From a virus (taxonomy: Duplodnaviria > Caudoviricetes), in IMG/VR virus record IMGVR_UViG_3300034093_003299, positions 1-64,000 of that record: 64,000 bases of DNA. The stretch is one strand, 5' to 3'. How positions within the stretch are numbered: the first letter of the stretch is position 1; each line of letters opens with the position of its first letter. The notes under the pieces are model-generated. The model did no database searches. It saw nothing but the letters and a program-made list of their open reading frames with translations, and had not been told where the DNA came from. The position numbers and the translations under genes are program-made. Positions 7,790-16,264 of the stretch are shown in pieces.

Positions 7790-8132
7790 GGTTAAACATT
7801 AATTCAATCGTTTTATACAATAATACATACACAAAATAAACAAAAAGTACAAATTGTATTTTTGAAGCAATCAAACATAGCCAAAACCCTAAGCAATACG
7901 GGCAGCTTAATAACTTCGTAAAAAAATTATTGTGCTTGTAATTTAAAAAATCAAAATAATTTACCCTTTGAGGGCTTTGAATCTTAAAACACTTATATTC
8001 AATCAAATTAGAAAAAGATATCAGATTAAACGTCTCGCCGTATTCAACGAAAAATTCAGTTTTATAAAGTAAAAAAGAAACAGCCGCGCAAGATGCGGCT
8101 TGAATTAAATTATCCTGTATGTCCATAGCCAC
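7773..8132 (-). CDS. DUF1360-like membrane protein
   Basis: KLLSCPYCLGFWL motif followed by a hydrophobic segment; the start may be ATG 8126. Confidence 0.55.
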   Translation of the reverse strand: MAMDIQDNLIQAASCAAVSFLLYKTEFFVEYGETFNLISFSNLIEYKCFKIQSPQRVNYFDFLNYKHNNFFTKLLSCPYCLGFWLCLIASKIQFVLFVYFVYVLLYKTIELMFNHGTRN

Positions 8133-8532
8133 CTTCTCCGCGTTTGGTTATTGGTAAGTTTACGGTTTGAACAAAATGAACGCCGCTGCAATGCTCGATT
8201 ATAATTTGAGCAATCTTGTCTCCAATTTTGACTTCGAAATCTGAATTGCTGTCTGTGTTGTATAGTATAACTCCAATATCGCCACGATAATCAGAATCAA
8301 TAACGCCGGCAAGTACATCGATGCCATTTTTGTAAGCCAATCCAGACCTCGGAGCAATCCTTCCATAATGATTCATGGGGATAGCCATGCTTACGTTGGT
8401 TTTTATTAATTTTCTACCAAACCTAGGAACCACAGTCTCTTCTGCGGCATATAGGTCATACCCAGCAGAAAACTGGGTTCCTTGAGTGGGCGCTTTAGCC
8501 GAAGCGCTAAGCAGTTTGATTGGTATGTCCAC
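8110..8532 (-). CDS. dut: Trimeric dUTPase
   Basis: All five motifs present: AGYDL, GRIAPRSGLA, GVIDSDYRG, GDKIAQ, RGEGGYGHTG. Start revised to GTG 8532, 6 nt after the -10. Confidence 0.97.
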   Translation of the reverse strand: MDIPIKLLSASAKAPTQGTQFSAGYDLYAAEETVVPRFGRKLIKTNVSMAIPMNHYGRIAPRSGLAYKNGIDVLAGVIDSDYRGDIGVILYNTDSNSDFEVKIGDKIAQIIIEHCSGVHFVQTVNLPITKRGEGGYGHTG

Positions 8533-8538
8533 GATTAC

Positions 8539-8566
8539 ATTATGCGTTTCACTCAAAAAAAGTCAA
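8539..8566 (-). promoter_or_regulatory. Promoter TTGACT-N16-CATAAT (divergent pair with 8575-8602)
   Basis: Read directly on the minus strand; 6 nt to GTG. Confidence 0.7.
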
Positions 8567-8574
8567 TATAAAAT

Positions 8575-8602
8575 TTGATTTTTGTTTCTGTTTTAGCATA
8601 TT
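8575..8602 (+). promoter_or_regulatory. Promoter TTGATT-N16-CATATT, 5 nt before ATG 8608
   Basis: Fits the recurring architecture. Confidence 0.55.
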
Positions 8603-8607
8603 AAGTC

Positions 8608-9015
8608 ATGAACATTATTGATAGCTATCAGTTGCTTAACGAATATTTTAATAATCACACTTGTTTCAACTTAAAGAAAAATAGAAAAGAAGTCCTTTTG
8701 GTCTCTGATGATGAAAACGCTGAAAATGCGGCTCTTACTTGCGCGTTGAAAGAAATGGAGAAAGCCAACGTTCTTCGTTCGTGCGTGGTAGATGGGCAAG
8801 ATTATTGGGTCTTGATAAAGCCTCTTGAGTCTTTTTCGCAAACCGTGGAGATCAGCGGCCTAGTTTCCGCAGCGATAGCGTCGGTAATAAACGACATGTG
8901 CAAAGCTCTCGGGAGCGACTCTGAAAAGTGCGATGTTATGAACGTCACCGAAAAAGATTTAAAAAATTTAATTTACATAGCTTCGAAAGCCTCTCCAGAC
9001 TCTTTAAAAAAATAA
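8608..9015 (+). CDS. Hypothetical protein (135 aa)
   Basis: ATG ORF with a promoter; no recognised motif. Confidence 0.7.
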   Translation: MNIIDSYQLLNEYFNNHTCFNLKKNRKEVLLVSDDENAENAALTCALKEMEKANVLRSCVVDGQDYWVLIKPLESFSQTVEISGLVSAAIASVINDMCKALGSDSEKCDVMNVTEKDLKNLIYIASKASPDSLKK

Positions 9016-9016
9016 T

Positions 9017-9045
9017 TTGACTTTTGCCCGGTCTGCTGTAAGAAT
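9017..9045 (+). promoter_or_regulatory. Promoter TTGACT-N17-AAGAAT; predicted start near 9052
   Basis: -35 begins 1 nt after the upstream stop; no start codon follows; predicted +1 coincides with the 5' strand of a long-range helix. Confidence 0.5.
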
Positions 9046-9051
9046 CAGATA

Positions 9052-9487
9052 GACTGTTGTGCAGAGGTAGCCGAGCGAAACCACGCTCACTTAAGGATAG
9101 ACTCCTTATTTTAAAAATCGTAATAGATCAACAAGCCCGTCAAAAGACGATAGGAAATTGGAAGAAATTCCAGCGTGCGTTCGGGAGAGGCCGCGTCGTA
9201 AATGAGTCCTATTTAAAACTGCTAGAAACTTAATTCCTCTCAAAGGAAAAGGCGATGGTAGATGTCTGAAAAAAAGTCACTGCGTAAACAACAGTCGGAA
9301 ATAGCCAAAGGTAGTCACTAGCTAAACGGATTTGCTAAAGCCGGAGATGCGATGACTGATGTGGGTACTTTTGGGTGAATAATTACTTAGATATAAAGTC
9401 TAAGTTGACCTGCTATTGCTTAATTCCAACTCAAGGAAAAGTTATAAGGCGATGGTATGAAAGGAAAGTCTCTGTAGAGTTACAGAG
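9052..9487 (+). ncRNA. Candidate large structured non-coding RNA or long structured 5' leader of the sigma gene
   Basis: 489-nt gap with no ORF in the track, in an otherwise gap-free genome. Helix GACTGTTGT(9052-60)/ACAACAGTC(9288-96) plus GCAG/CTGC; hairpins GAGCG/CGCTC, TAAGGA/TCCTTA, CGTC-AAAA-GACG, TGGAA-GAAA-TTCCA, ACTTAGA/TCTAAGT and CTCTGTA/TACAGAG; duplicated internal module. Confidence 0.6.
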
Positions 9488-9504
9488 CATCAAGGATAAA
9501 GTTT

Positions 9505-10113
9505 ATGTTAAAAGTACAATCTATAAAAGACAATGACCTGCCTTTGGTCGAGAAGATCAAACTCAGCAACTGCAACGTTAGCTTCGAGACGTTATCTAAT
9601 TCATATGATAACTTCTACTTTTCTATAGCAAGAAAATACTCCCAAACTTTAATTAGAATGGGCATGAGCAAAGAAGAGATTAAATTTGAAAAAGATTTTA
9701 TCCTTTATAAAGCTATTCAGTCTTTCGACGTTAATCAAAAAACTAAATTTTCCACTTGGTTTTGCAACTGCTCAAGATATCATTTTTTAAATTATATTAA
9801 CTCTAATAAGAAATATACTTTAAACGAAGGCTTCAGAGTAGACACTTATTTTAATAAAGATATTTTATCTGTCTCTGATAAAAACACAGAGATGTACGAC
9901 TTCTTGTCTTCTATGCTTTCTTCTTTTAAAGATAAAAGGATTAACGAAGTTTACCGTCTAAGGTATTTTTCTAACTCATCTAAGTTAACTACTTGGAATA
10001 AAATTGCTAAGAAATTGAACATCAGCACCCAAACCGCTATCAATCTGCACGAAAAAGCCAAGGAGTTTTTGAAAACGAAAATCGTAAGCAAAAATTCTTT
10101 CGATTTGGTTTGA
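9505..10113 (+). CDS. Phage-encoded sigma70-family RNA polymerase sigma factor
   Basis: Region 2-like segment KAIQSFD...KFSTWFCNCSRYHFLNY and region 4 HTH TWNKIAKKLNISTQTAINLHEKAKEFLK. Confidence 0.8.
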   Translation: MLKVQSIKDNDLPLVEKIKLSNCNVSFETLSNSYDNFYFSIARKYSQTLIRMGMSKEEIKFEKDFILYKAIQSFDVNQKTKFSTWFCNCSRYHFLNYINSNKKYTLNEGFRVDTYFNKDILSVSDKNTEMYDFLSSMLSSFKDKRINEVYRLRYFSNSSKLTTWNKIAKKLNISTQTAINLHEKAKEFLKTKIVSKNSFDLV

Positions 10114-10137
10114 CTTTTCTTTTTCTGTAGCCATAAT
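10110..10137 (+). promoter_or_regulatory. Promoter TTGACT-N16-CATAAT, 8 nt before ATG 10146
   Basis: Read directly; overlaps the sigma gene stop. Confidence 0.75.
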
Positions 10138-10145
10138 ATTCTTGC

Positions 10146-10442
10146 ATGAGTGATGTAAAGACTGAAAATAAATGGGATACGCGTGAATTGGGAGCCTTGT
10201 GGTTGAAAATCAGCAAGGACAAGTCTCAAAAGTATATGACTGGTCATATTAATTCTTCGCTAGAAGGAAAAATTGACGTTGTTATCTTTTCTAACAAGGA
10301 AAAGAAATCTGAAAAGTCTCCAGACTTTAGGATTTATGCTTCTGATCGGCCAGACAAGCAAAAGGAACAAACCGCGACAACCTCGTCAACGCCAGCAAAG
10401 AAGGCCCAACCAGTGGCCGATGACGACGATGGTGTTTTGTAA
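10146..10442 (+). CDS. DUF736-like protein, probable ssDNA-binding protein
   Basis: LGALW.K.SKD..QKYMTG and NKEKKSEKSPDFRIY motifs; flexible linker and SSB-like acidic tail DDDDGVL. Confidence 0.6.
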   Translation: MSDVKTENKWDTRELGALWLKISKDKSQKYMTGHINSSLEGKIDVVIFSNKEKKSEKSPDFRIYASDRPDKQKEQTATTSSTPAKKAQPVADDDDGVL

Positions 10443-10464
10443 TAAAAAATAGAAAATCTTTTTC

Positions 10465-10494
10465 ACCTACCTATAACAATAGGTAGGTTTTTTT
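10465..10494 (+). terminator. Rho-independent terminator-like hairpin abutting the next ATG
   Basis: Perfect 10-bp stem ACCTACCTAT-aaca-ATAGGTAGGT followed by a T-tract ending at 10494. Confidence 0.8.
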
Positions 10495-11577
10495 ATGCAA
10501 TTCGCTGTTCACGTTCCTCTAAATTCTCTTAGCTTTGGGCAAGTAAGTTTTAACTTGCTGTATGAGTTCTATAAAATGGGGCTCAATCCATCTATTTTCA
10601 AAGCTTCTGACCAAAATATAGATTTTTCAGCATTTGATTTTGAGCAAGAATTTATTGATTGGATAATTAAAAACAACAACGAATCATTCTTAAAGCACAA
10701 CAGGAACATCCCGTGCATTAGGCTTTGGCATATTAATGACTCTATAAGGTCATACTCAAATAAACAAATTCTCCTTACTTTCCACGAAACAGATCAGATA
10801 ACTCCAATAGAAACAAATATTTTAAAAAATAGCACCGTTTGTGTTACCTCTAACCACACAAAAGAAGTCTTCTCAAATTCTGGTATTGATTCTACAGTTA
10901 CTAACCTTGGCTTTGACTCTAGACATTTTAAAGTAACAAATAAAAAATACTTTGATGATGGAAGAATCACTTTTAACTTATGTGGCAAATACGAAAAGAG
11001 AAAGCACCACGCTAAAATAATTAAAACTTGGATAAGCAAATTTGGAAAGAATAAAAAATACTCGCTCCAATGTTCTATTCATAATCAGTTTTATCAAGAC
11101 CCTAATGAATTAAAATCTATATACTCTAGTATCCTTGATGGCAAAACAGTTTTCAATGTATCTTTTTTATCTTCGATGCCAAAAAATTCAACATACAATG
11201 ACTTCTTGAATTCTGCTGATATCATTCTAGGAATGTCTGGAGCCGAAGGCTGGGGGCTTCCAGAATTTCAATCTGTTGCGCTAGGTAAACATGCGGTTAT
11301 ATTGAACGCTACTGCATACAAAGAGTGGGCGAATAAAGACAACTCAATACTTGTTGAACCAAAAGGAAAGATTGAAGTTTATGATGGGAAGTTCTTTTCT
11401 AAAGGAATCCCATTTAATCAAGGGAATATTTTTGATTTTAATGAAGACAGTTTTATTGCCGGGTGCGAAGAGGCGATTAAAAGAGTAGAAAACGACAGAG
11501 TCAACCATCAAGGGCTAAAAATGCAAGAACAATTCAAGTACTCTTCAACAGCAAATAAATTACTATCTTTGATTTAA
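10495..11577 (+). CDS. Glycosyltransferase family 4 (GT-B)
   Basis: GKYEKRKHH and SGAEGWGLPEFQSVALGKHAVI (EX7E-like) motifs. Confidence 0.85.
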   Translation: MQFAVHVPLNSLSFGQVSFNLLYEFYKMGLNPSIFKASDQNIDFSAFDFEQEFIDWIIKNNNESFLKHNRNIPCIRLWHINDSIRSYSNKQILLTFHETDQITPIETNILKNSTVCVTSNHTKEVFSNSGIDSTVTNLGFDSRHFKVTNKKYFDDGRITFNLCGKYEKRKHHAKIIKTWISKFGKNKKYSLQCSIHNQFYQDPNELKSIYSSILDGKTVFNVSFLSSMPKNSTYNDFLNSADIILGMSGAEGWGLPEFQSVALGKHAVILNATAYKEWANKDNSILVEPKGKIEVYDGKFFSKGIPFNQGNIFDFNEDSFIAGCEEAIKRVENDRVNHQGLKMQEQFKYSSTANKLLSLI

Positions 11578-11578
11578 T

Positions 11579-11953
11579 ATGCCAATTTACCTATTCAAAA
11601 ATCCCAATACAGGCAAGACGATTTCTGTTTTTCAGGGAATGAACGACGACCACACTTACTCTGAGGAAGGGATTAAGTACGAAAGAGTTTTTACTATACC
11701 TAATGCTCAAATAGATACTGAATTTGGATTAGATTCGTCATCAAAATTTGTAGAAAAAACAGGCAGAATGAAAGGCACCCTTGGGGAAATTTGGGATTAC
11801 TCTCAAGAGTTAAGCGACAAAAGAGCCGCGAAACATGGCGGCACAGATCCTTTGCGCCAGAAAGCTGAAGAAAAATATTCTAAAAAAAGAAAAGGAATTA
11901 AGTACAAGAGTAGGGTCAACCCATCTGAAGTTCCTAAAATTCAACTTGACTAA
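11579..11953 (+). CDS. FmdB-like zinc-ribbon-derived protein lacking Cys ligands
   Basis: MPIYLFKNPNTGKTISVFQGMND matches the MPxYxYxCxxCG pattern without the cysteines. Confidence 0.55.
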   Translation: MPIYLFKNPNTGKTISVFQGMNDDHTYSEEGIKYERVFTIPNAQIDTEFGLDSSSKFVEKTGRMKGTLGEIWDYSQELSDKRAAKHGGTDPLRQKAEEKYSKKRKGIKYKSRVNPSEVPKIQLD

Positions 11954-11973
11954 TTCCATTTCTTCGTAATACT
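11946..11973 (+). promoter_or_regulatory. Promoter TTGACT-N16-AATACT upstream of RNR
   Basis: Same spacing as the other copies; 24 nt to ATG 11998. Confidence 0.5.
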
Positions 11974-11997
11974 GTGTAAACCATCTTGCCTTTTTCT

Positions 11998-13968
11998 ATG
12001 AGCATCTTATCTAAAGAATTTGTTTCGAAATATAAAAATAAACAACCCAATTGGGGATTCAACGGCTTGGGGTATATAGTATACAAAAGAACTTATGCCC
12101 GACTCAAGGAAGATGGCAACACCGAAGAGTGGCACGAAACCGTAGAGAGGTGCATCAACGGAGCCCAAAAGATCGGCGCTGGATATACGGAAGAAGAAGC
12201 AGAAAGGATTTATGATTATGTTTTTAATCTTAAATGTAATTTTGCGGGCCGAATGCTTTGGCAACTTGGGACTTCCACTGTAGATAGATTCGGTGCGAAT
12301 TCTCTCCTTAACTGTTGGGCCGTGGCAATGAGAGAACCAAATGCATTTTTGTTTCTATTCGAGAACTTGATGCTCGGAGGCGGGGTTGGGTACAGCATAC
12401 GCAGAGAAGATGTGCATGAGCTTCCGAAAATTAAGAAAGGTGTAAAGGTTATTCATGAAGGATCTAAAGACGCTGATTACATTGTTCCAGACAAACGCGA
12501 AGGCTGGGTTAATTTGCTTTCGAAAGCGTTGGAAGCTTTTTATGTTACAGGTAAGTCTTTTTCTTATTCGACTATCCTCATCAGAGGTTACGGAGAACCA
12601 ATCAAGGGCTTTGGCGGGAAAGCTAGTGGTCCACAAGTCCTTATTGATGGAATCGTTAAGATCTCAAAAATATTCCAATCAAGAGAAGGAAAAAAATTAA
12701 GATCTATTGATGTTCTTGATATTTGCAACATTATTGGAAGTGTTGTCGTTGCAGGCAACGTCCGCAGAAGCGCTGAGATTGCTCTAGGCGATCCAGACGA
12801 CATTCTTTATCTCCGGGCTAAGAATTGGGGAACTGGCAATGTGCCTAACTGGAGAGCAATGAGTAACAATACTATCTACGCAGATAGTTACGATCATGTG
12901 CTTGAAGAAATTTGGAAGAATGGATATGAAATAAATAAAGACAGTGGTTACGCTAATGGAGAACCTTACGGTTTCTTTAATTTGCCATTGTCTCAGAAAT
13001 TCGGCCGCATCAAGGACGGCCCCATGTCAGAGAACTCAATGTATCCAACAGATACTGATAATTGCGAAATGACAAATCCTTGCGCCGAGATTAGTCTTTC
13101 TAACTACGAATGCTGTAATCTCAGTGAGCTTTATCTAAATAACATTACATCAAAAGAAGAGCTAATTGATTGCTCTATTCTTCTTTACAAGACCCAAAAG
13201 GCTATTGCCTCTTTGCCATTTATTCATGAAGAAACCAATAAGATTGTTCACAAGAACATGCGGCTCGGTCTTGGCATTACTGGCGTTTGCCAGTCTTTAC
13301 ACAAGCTTGATTGGCTTGATAGTTGTTATGTTGCTTTGCGTTCTTTTGATTGCTCTTGGAGCAAGCTTCGCGGCTGGCCTGAAAGCATTAAACTCACGAC
13401 TATCAAGCCTTCTGGAACGCTAAGCCTTCTTGGCGGAGCAACTCCAGGAGTTCACCCAGCATTCAGCCAATACTACATGCGCACTGTACGCATGTCTAGC
13501 TCTGATGCTTTAGTGCAGATTTGCAAAGACACTGGGTATCACGTTGAATTCCTTATTAATTTTGATGGAACAGAAAACAGAGACACTGTTGTGGTTTACT
13601 TTCCTTGCAAAACTCCAGAAGGATCGATCTTAGCAAAAGATATGGATGTTCTTAAGCAGCTAGATATGGTTAAAAAACTACAAACAGTTTGGTCTGATAA
13701 CGCTGTTTCTGTTACTGCTTACTACAAGCCAGAAGAGCTTGAGTCATTGAAAGCTTGGCTTAAAGACAACTACGAACATAATATTAAAAGCGTTAGTTTC
13801 TTGCTATTTAAGAATCACGGCTTTAAACAAGCCCCGTATCAAGAAATAGACGAGGAGACATATCTATCTGCTATATCAAAAGTCAAGGCCACGTCTTCTT
13901 TAACCATTAATAGCTCAGAGATGCTTGACATGGCAGAATGCAGCAGCGGCGCTTGCCCAGTTCGCTAA
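11998..13968 (+). CDS. nrdJ: Class II (adenosylcobalamin-dependent) monomeric ribonucleoside-triphosphate reductase
   Basis: YKRTYAR N-terminus, GNVRRSAEI, catalytic TNPCAEI, TTIKPSGT and a C-terminal CSSGACP redox pair; start taken as ATG 11998. Confidence 0.93.
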   Translation: MSILSKEFVSKYKNKQPNWGFNGLGYIVYKRTYARLKEDGNTEEWHETVERCINGAQKIGAGYTEEEAERIYDYVFNLKCNFAGRMLWQLGTSTVDRFGANSLLNCWAVAMREPNAFLFLFENLMLGGGVGYSIRREDVHELPKIKKGVKVIHEGSKDADYIVPDKREGWVNLLSKALEAFYVTGKSFSYSTILIRGYGEPIKGFGGKASGPQVLIDGIVKISKIFQSREGKKLRSIDVLDICNIIGSVVVAGNVRRSAEIALGDPDDILYLRAKNWGTGNVPNWRAMSNNTIYADSYDHVLEEIWKNGYEINKDSGYANGEPYGFFNLPLSQKFGRIKDGPMSENSMYPTDTDNCEMTNPCAEISLSNYECCNLSELYLNNITSKEELIDCSILLYKTQKAIASLPFIHEETNKIVHKNMRLGLGITGVCQSLHKLDWLDSCYVALRSFDCSWSKLRGWPESIKLTTIKPSGTLSLLGGATPGVHPAFSQYYMRTVRMSSSDALVQICKDTGYHVEFLINFDGTENRDTVVVYFPCKTPEGSILAKDMDVLKQLDMVKKLQTVWSDNAVSVTAYYKPEELESLKAWLKDNYEHNIKSVSFLLFKNHGFKQAPYQEIDEETYLSAISKVKATSSLTINSSEMLDMAECSSGACPVR

Positions 13969-14010
13969 TTATACATAAATTTACAAAACCAAGATCTAAT
14001 TTTATGGAAA

Positions 14011-14038
14011 TTTACACAATCAAGCTTTAAAATATTTT
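14011..14038 (+). promoter_or_regulatory. Promoter TTTACA-N16-TATTTT, 6 nt before ATG 14045 (head of the glycan cluster)
   Basis: Fits the N16 leaderless architecture; weaker match. Confidence 0.45.
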
Positions 14039-14044
14039 AACTAT

Positions 14045-14827
14045 ATGAAATTTTACGTTAGAGGCGGCTTGGGCGATTTTTTGCAATGCTTTTGGTTTAT
14101 AAAAAATAACTCAACCAGAGAATTCATTATCCATACACATTTTAAACAAGCTGAACTTTTCTTTAAAAATATAGGTATCGAAAACTGTTCTTTTTATTAC
14201 TTTGATAATGTAGAAGAGCACGACTCTCAGGTTGATAAAATAGTTGAAAATCACGGAGAAAATTCAACTACAAACATCAAAGAATGCCCGAGATCTTTTT
14301 ATTCTGATATCGATTTCTCTCAAGCAGCTAAAGACGAAGCTAAAGTCTTTTCTCAAAGATTCGACAACAGTAACCCAATAATTGGAATACATCCTTTCGG
14401 CAGTAGTTTTTCTTCTGACACTTATTCTAAATTCAATCTTCCGCCTAAGCATATTCCTTCTGATATTGTTAATGAAATAATCAAAGATGATTTTAACTAT
14501 ATAATTTTTGGATCTGAGCCAGAACTTAAGAATTATGGAGTTAAGGAATCCAAAAATGTAAAGCACACAAACATGGACATCCAATCGTGTTTAGAGCTTG
14601 CCAAATTATGCTATAAATTTATTGGCACAGATAGCGCATTCAAAACAATGTCTAGCATGGTCAGAGTTCCTACTCTGTGCGTGCTTGGCGATTTCAATGA
14701 TCAAATAAGAGATCAATATTTTATTAATCAATACGAGAAAGATGGCGTTATGAAAGTTTATAGACTAAACAGCTTAGAAAATGAAAAAGATCAAGTAATT
14801 GAATTCATAAATAAAAGCATTGTATGA
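14045..14827 (+). CDS. GT9 (heptosyltransferase-like) GT-B glycosyltransferase
   Basis: GGLGDFLQ N-terminus, IGIHPFGS and FIGTDSAFKTM motifs. Confidence 0.65.
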   Translation: MKFYVRGGLGDFLQCFWFIKNNSTREFIIHTHFKQAELFFKNIGIENCSFYYFDNVEEHDSQVDKIVENHGENSTTNIKECPRSFYSDIDFSQAAKDEAKVFSQRFDNSNPIIGIHPFGSSFSSDTYSKFNLPPKHIPSDIVNEIIKDDFNYIIFGSEPELKNYGVKESKNVKHTNMDIQSCLELAKLCYKFIGTDSAFKTMSSMVRVPTLCVLGDFNDQIRDQYFINQYEKDGVMKVYRLNSLENEKDQVIEFINKSIV

Positions 14828-14840
14828 AATTTTAATATAA

Positions 14841-15608
14841 ATGAAAATAGATATAATTAGTTCTATTTTTAATTCCGAAGAGTATTTAAGCGCTTTTTTA
14901 ATTAATGTTTGTAATCAAACAATTTTCAAAGATTGTTTTTTGCATATCATATCTCCTAGCATTAATGAAAAAGAAAAAAAGATTCTTGATTTTTTTCTCA
15001 ATAAACACTCAAATATTACAGTTACAGATTTACAGAAAAAATCATCTATTTACGAAAGCTGGAACATAGCTATAAAAAACAGCTCAAGCAAATACATCAC
15101 AAATATGAATTGCGACGATTCTAAATGCCCGCATTCTTTAGAAAGGTATTTATTAGAAATCGAATCTCAAGATGAAATTGATCTTGTATTTTCTGACAGT
15201 TTCATTGCCACAGAAAAAAACGTTTCTTTTTCCGACAATAGGTTAAAATACGCTTATAAATTTCCAGAGGAAATCTCTATTGAAAATTTATTAAAATATA
15301 ACCCCCCGCATCAAAGCCCGATGTGGAGAAGAAGTCTTCATGATAAATTTGGATTTTTTGATGAGAACATGTTCTCAGCTTCAGACGCGGAATTTTGGTT
15401 GAGATGCTATGGCGGTGGAGCTAAATTTAAAAAAATAAACGAAATATTAAATGTTTATTATTTTAACCCTAATGGAGTGTCTACTTCTTCAGGCAGAGCT
15501 TCTGAAAGAATTAAAGAAGAACAAGAAAACAAAACCAGATACGCTAAAATGTTTGACTACTCTGGAGAGATAAACGGAAAATTAGAAGACATAATTCATA
15601 AAATATGA
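14841..15608 (+). CDS. Glycosyltransferase family 2
   Basis: IDIISSIFNSEEYL, SIYESWNIAIKNS..KYITNMNCDD and DAEFWLR motifs. Confidence 0.85.
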   Translation: MKIDIISSIFNSEEYLSAFLINVCNQTIFKDCFLHIISPSINEKEKKILDFFLNKHSNITVTDLQKKSSIYESWNIAIKNSSSKYITNMNCDDSKCPHSLERYLLEIESQDEIDLVFSDSFIATEKNVSFSDNRLKYAYKFPEEISIENLLKYNPPHQSPMWRRSLHDKFGFFDENMFSASDAEFWLRCYGGGAKFKKINEILNVYYFNPNGVSTSSGRASERIKEEQENKTRYAKMFDYSGEINGKLEDIIHKI

Positions 15609-16264
15609 AAAAGATTATATCATTTGCCTTGTGGGGCGACAATCCAAAATACACGACAGGCGCTATCAAAAACGCTAATATATCTAAAGAATTTTATCCT
15701 GACTGGATCTCCAGATTCTATATTCATAAAGATGTTGATATTAGCATAATCAATGAAATAAAAAGCATACAAAATACCGAAATATCAATAGTGAACGAAA
15801 ATCCAGATTGGAAATCAATGTTTTGGAGATTCTTGCCGGTTTTTGATAATGATACTGAATGTTTTATATGTAGAGATTGTGATTCAAGATTAAGCGACAG
15901 AGAAGTGGCCGCTGTAAACGAATGGTCAAATAGCGATAAACTTGTGCATATAATGAGAGATCACCCATGGCATAGATTTGTGATGCTTGGAGGAATGATA
16001 GGCTTTAAAAAAGAAGCGTTTGAAATTTTAATTAACTCTTTACGCAATTTTAATCCCACCAACGAATACGGCACGGATTATGTATTTTTTGATAATGTAT
16101 TATATCCGCAAGTGAAAGGCCTATCTCTAGTGCATGATGAATTTTTTGAAAAGAAACCGTTTCCAACTAAAAGAAAAAACTTTGAATTTGTTGGAGAAGT
16201 ATACGACGAGAACGACCAAAGAAATCAAGAGCATTTAAGCATATTAAAACAGCATGGAAATTAA
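15605..16264 (+). CDS. GT-A-like protein (KIISFALWG...RDCDSR family)
   Basis: DxD-like CRDCDSR and HIMRDHPWH motifs; located within the GT cluster. Confidence 0.55.
   Translation: MKKIISFALWGDNPKYTTGAIKNANISKEFYPDWISRFYIHKDVDISIINEIKSIQNTEISIVNENPDWKSMFWRFLPVFDNDTECFICRDCDSRLSDREVAAVNEWSNSDKLVHIMRDHPWHRFVMLGGMIGFKKEAFEILINSLRNFNPTNEYGTDYVFFDNVLYPQVKGLSLVHDEFFEKKPFPTKRKNFEFVGEVYDENDQRNQEHLSILKQHGN

Noticed and set aside
9052-9487. Known RNA classes: RNase P (AGGAAAGTC at 9462), cobalamin riboswitch (GACCTGC at 9407), group II intron (GTGCG at 9175), group I intron (AAACTGCTAGAAAC at about 9216; AGATATAAAGTC at 9389), tmRNA
   Set aside because: Each match is one short motif without the other required elements in the right order. 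There are no interrupted exons, no domain V and no tRNA-like ends. The group I resemblance is the least weak and should be tested with cmscan.
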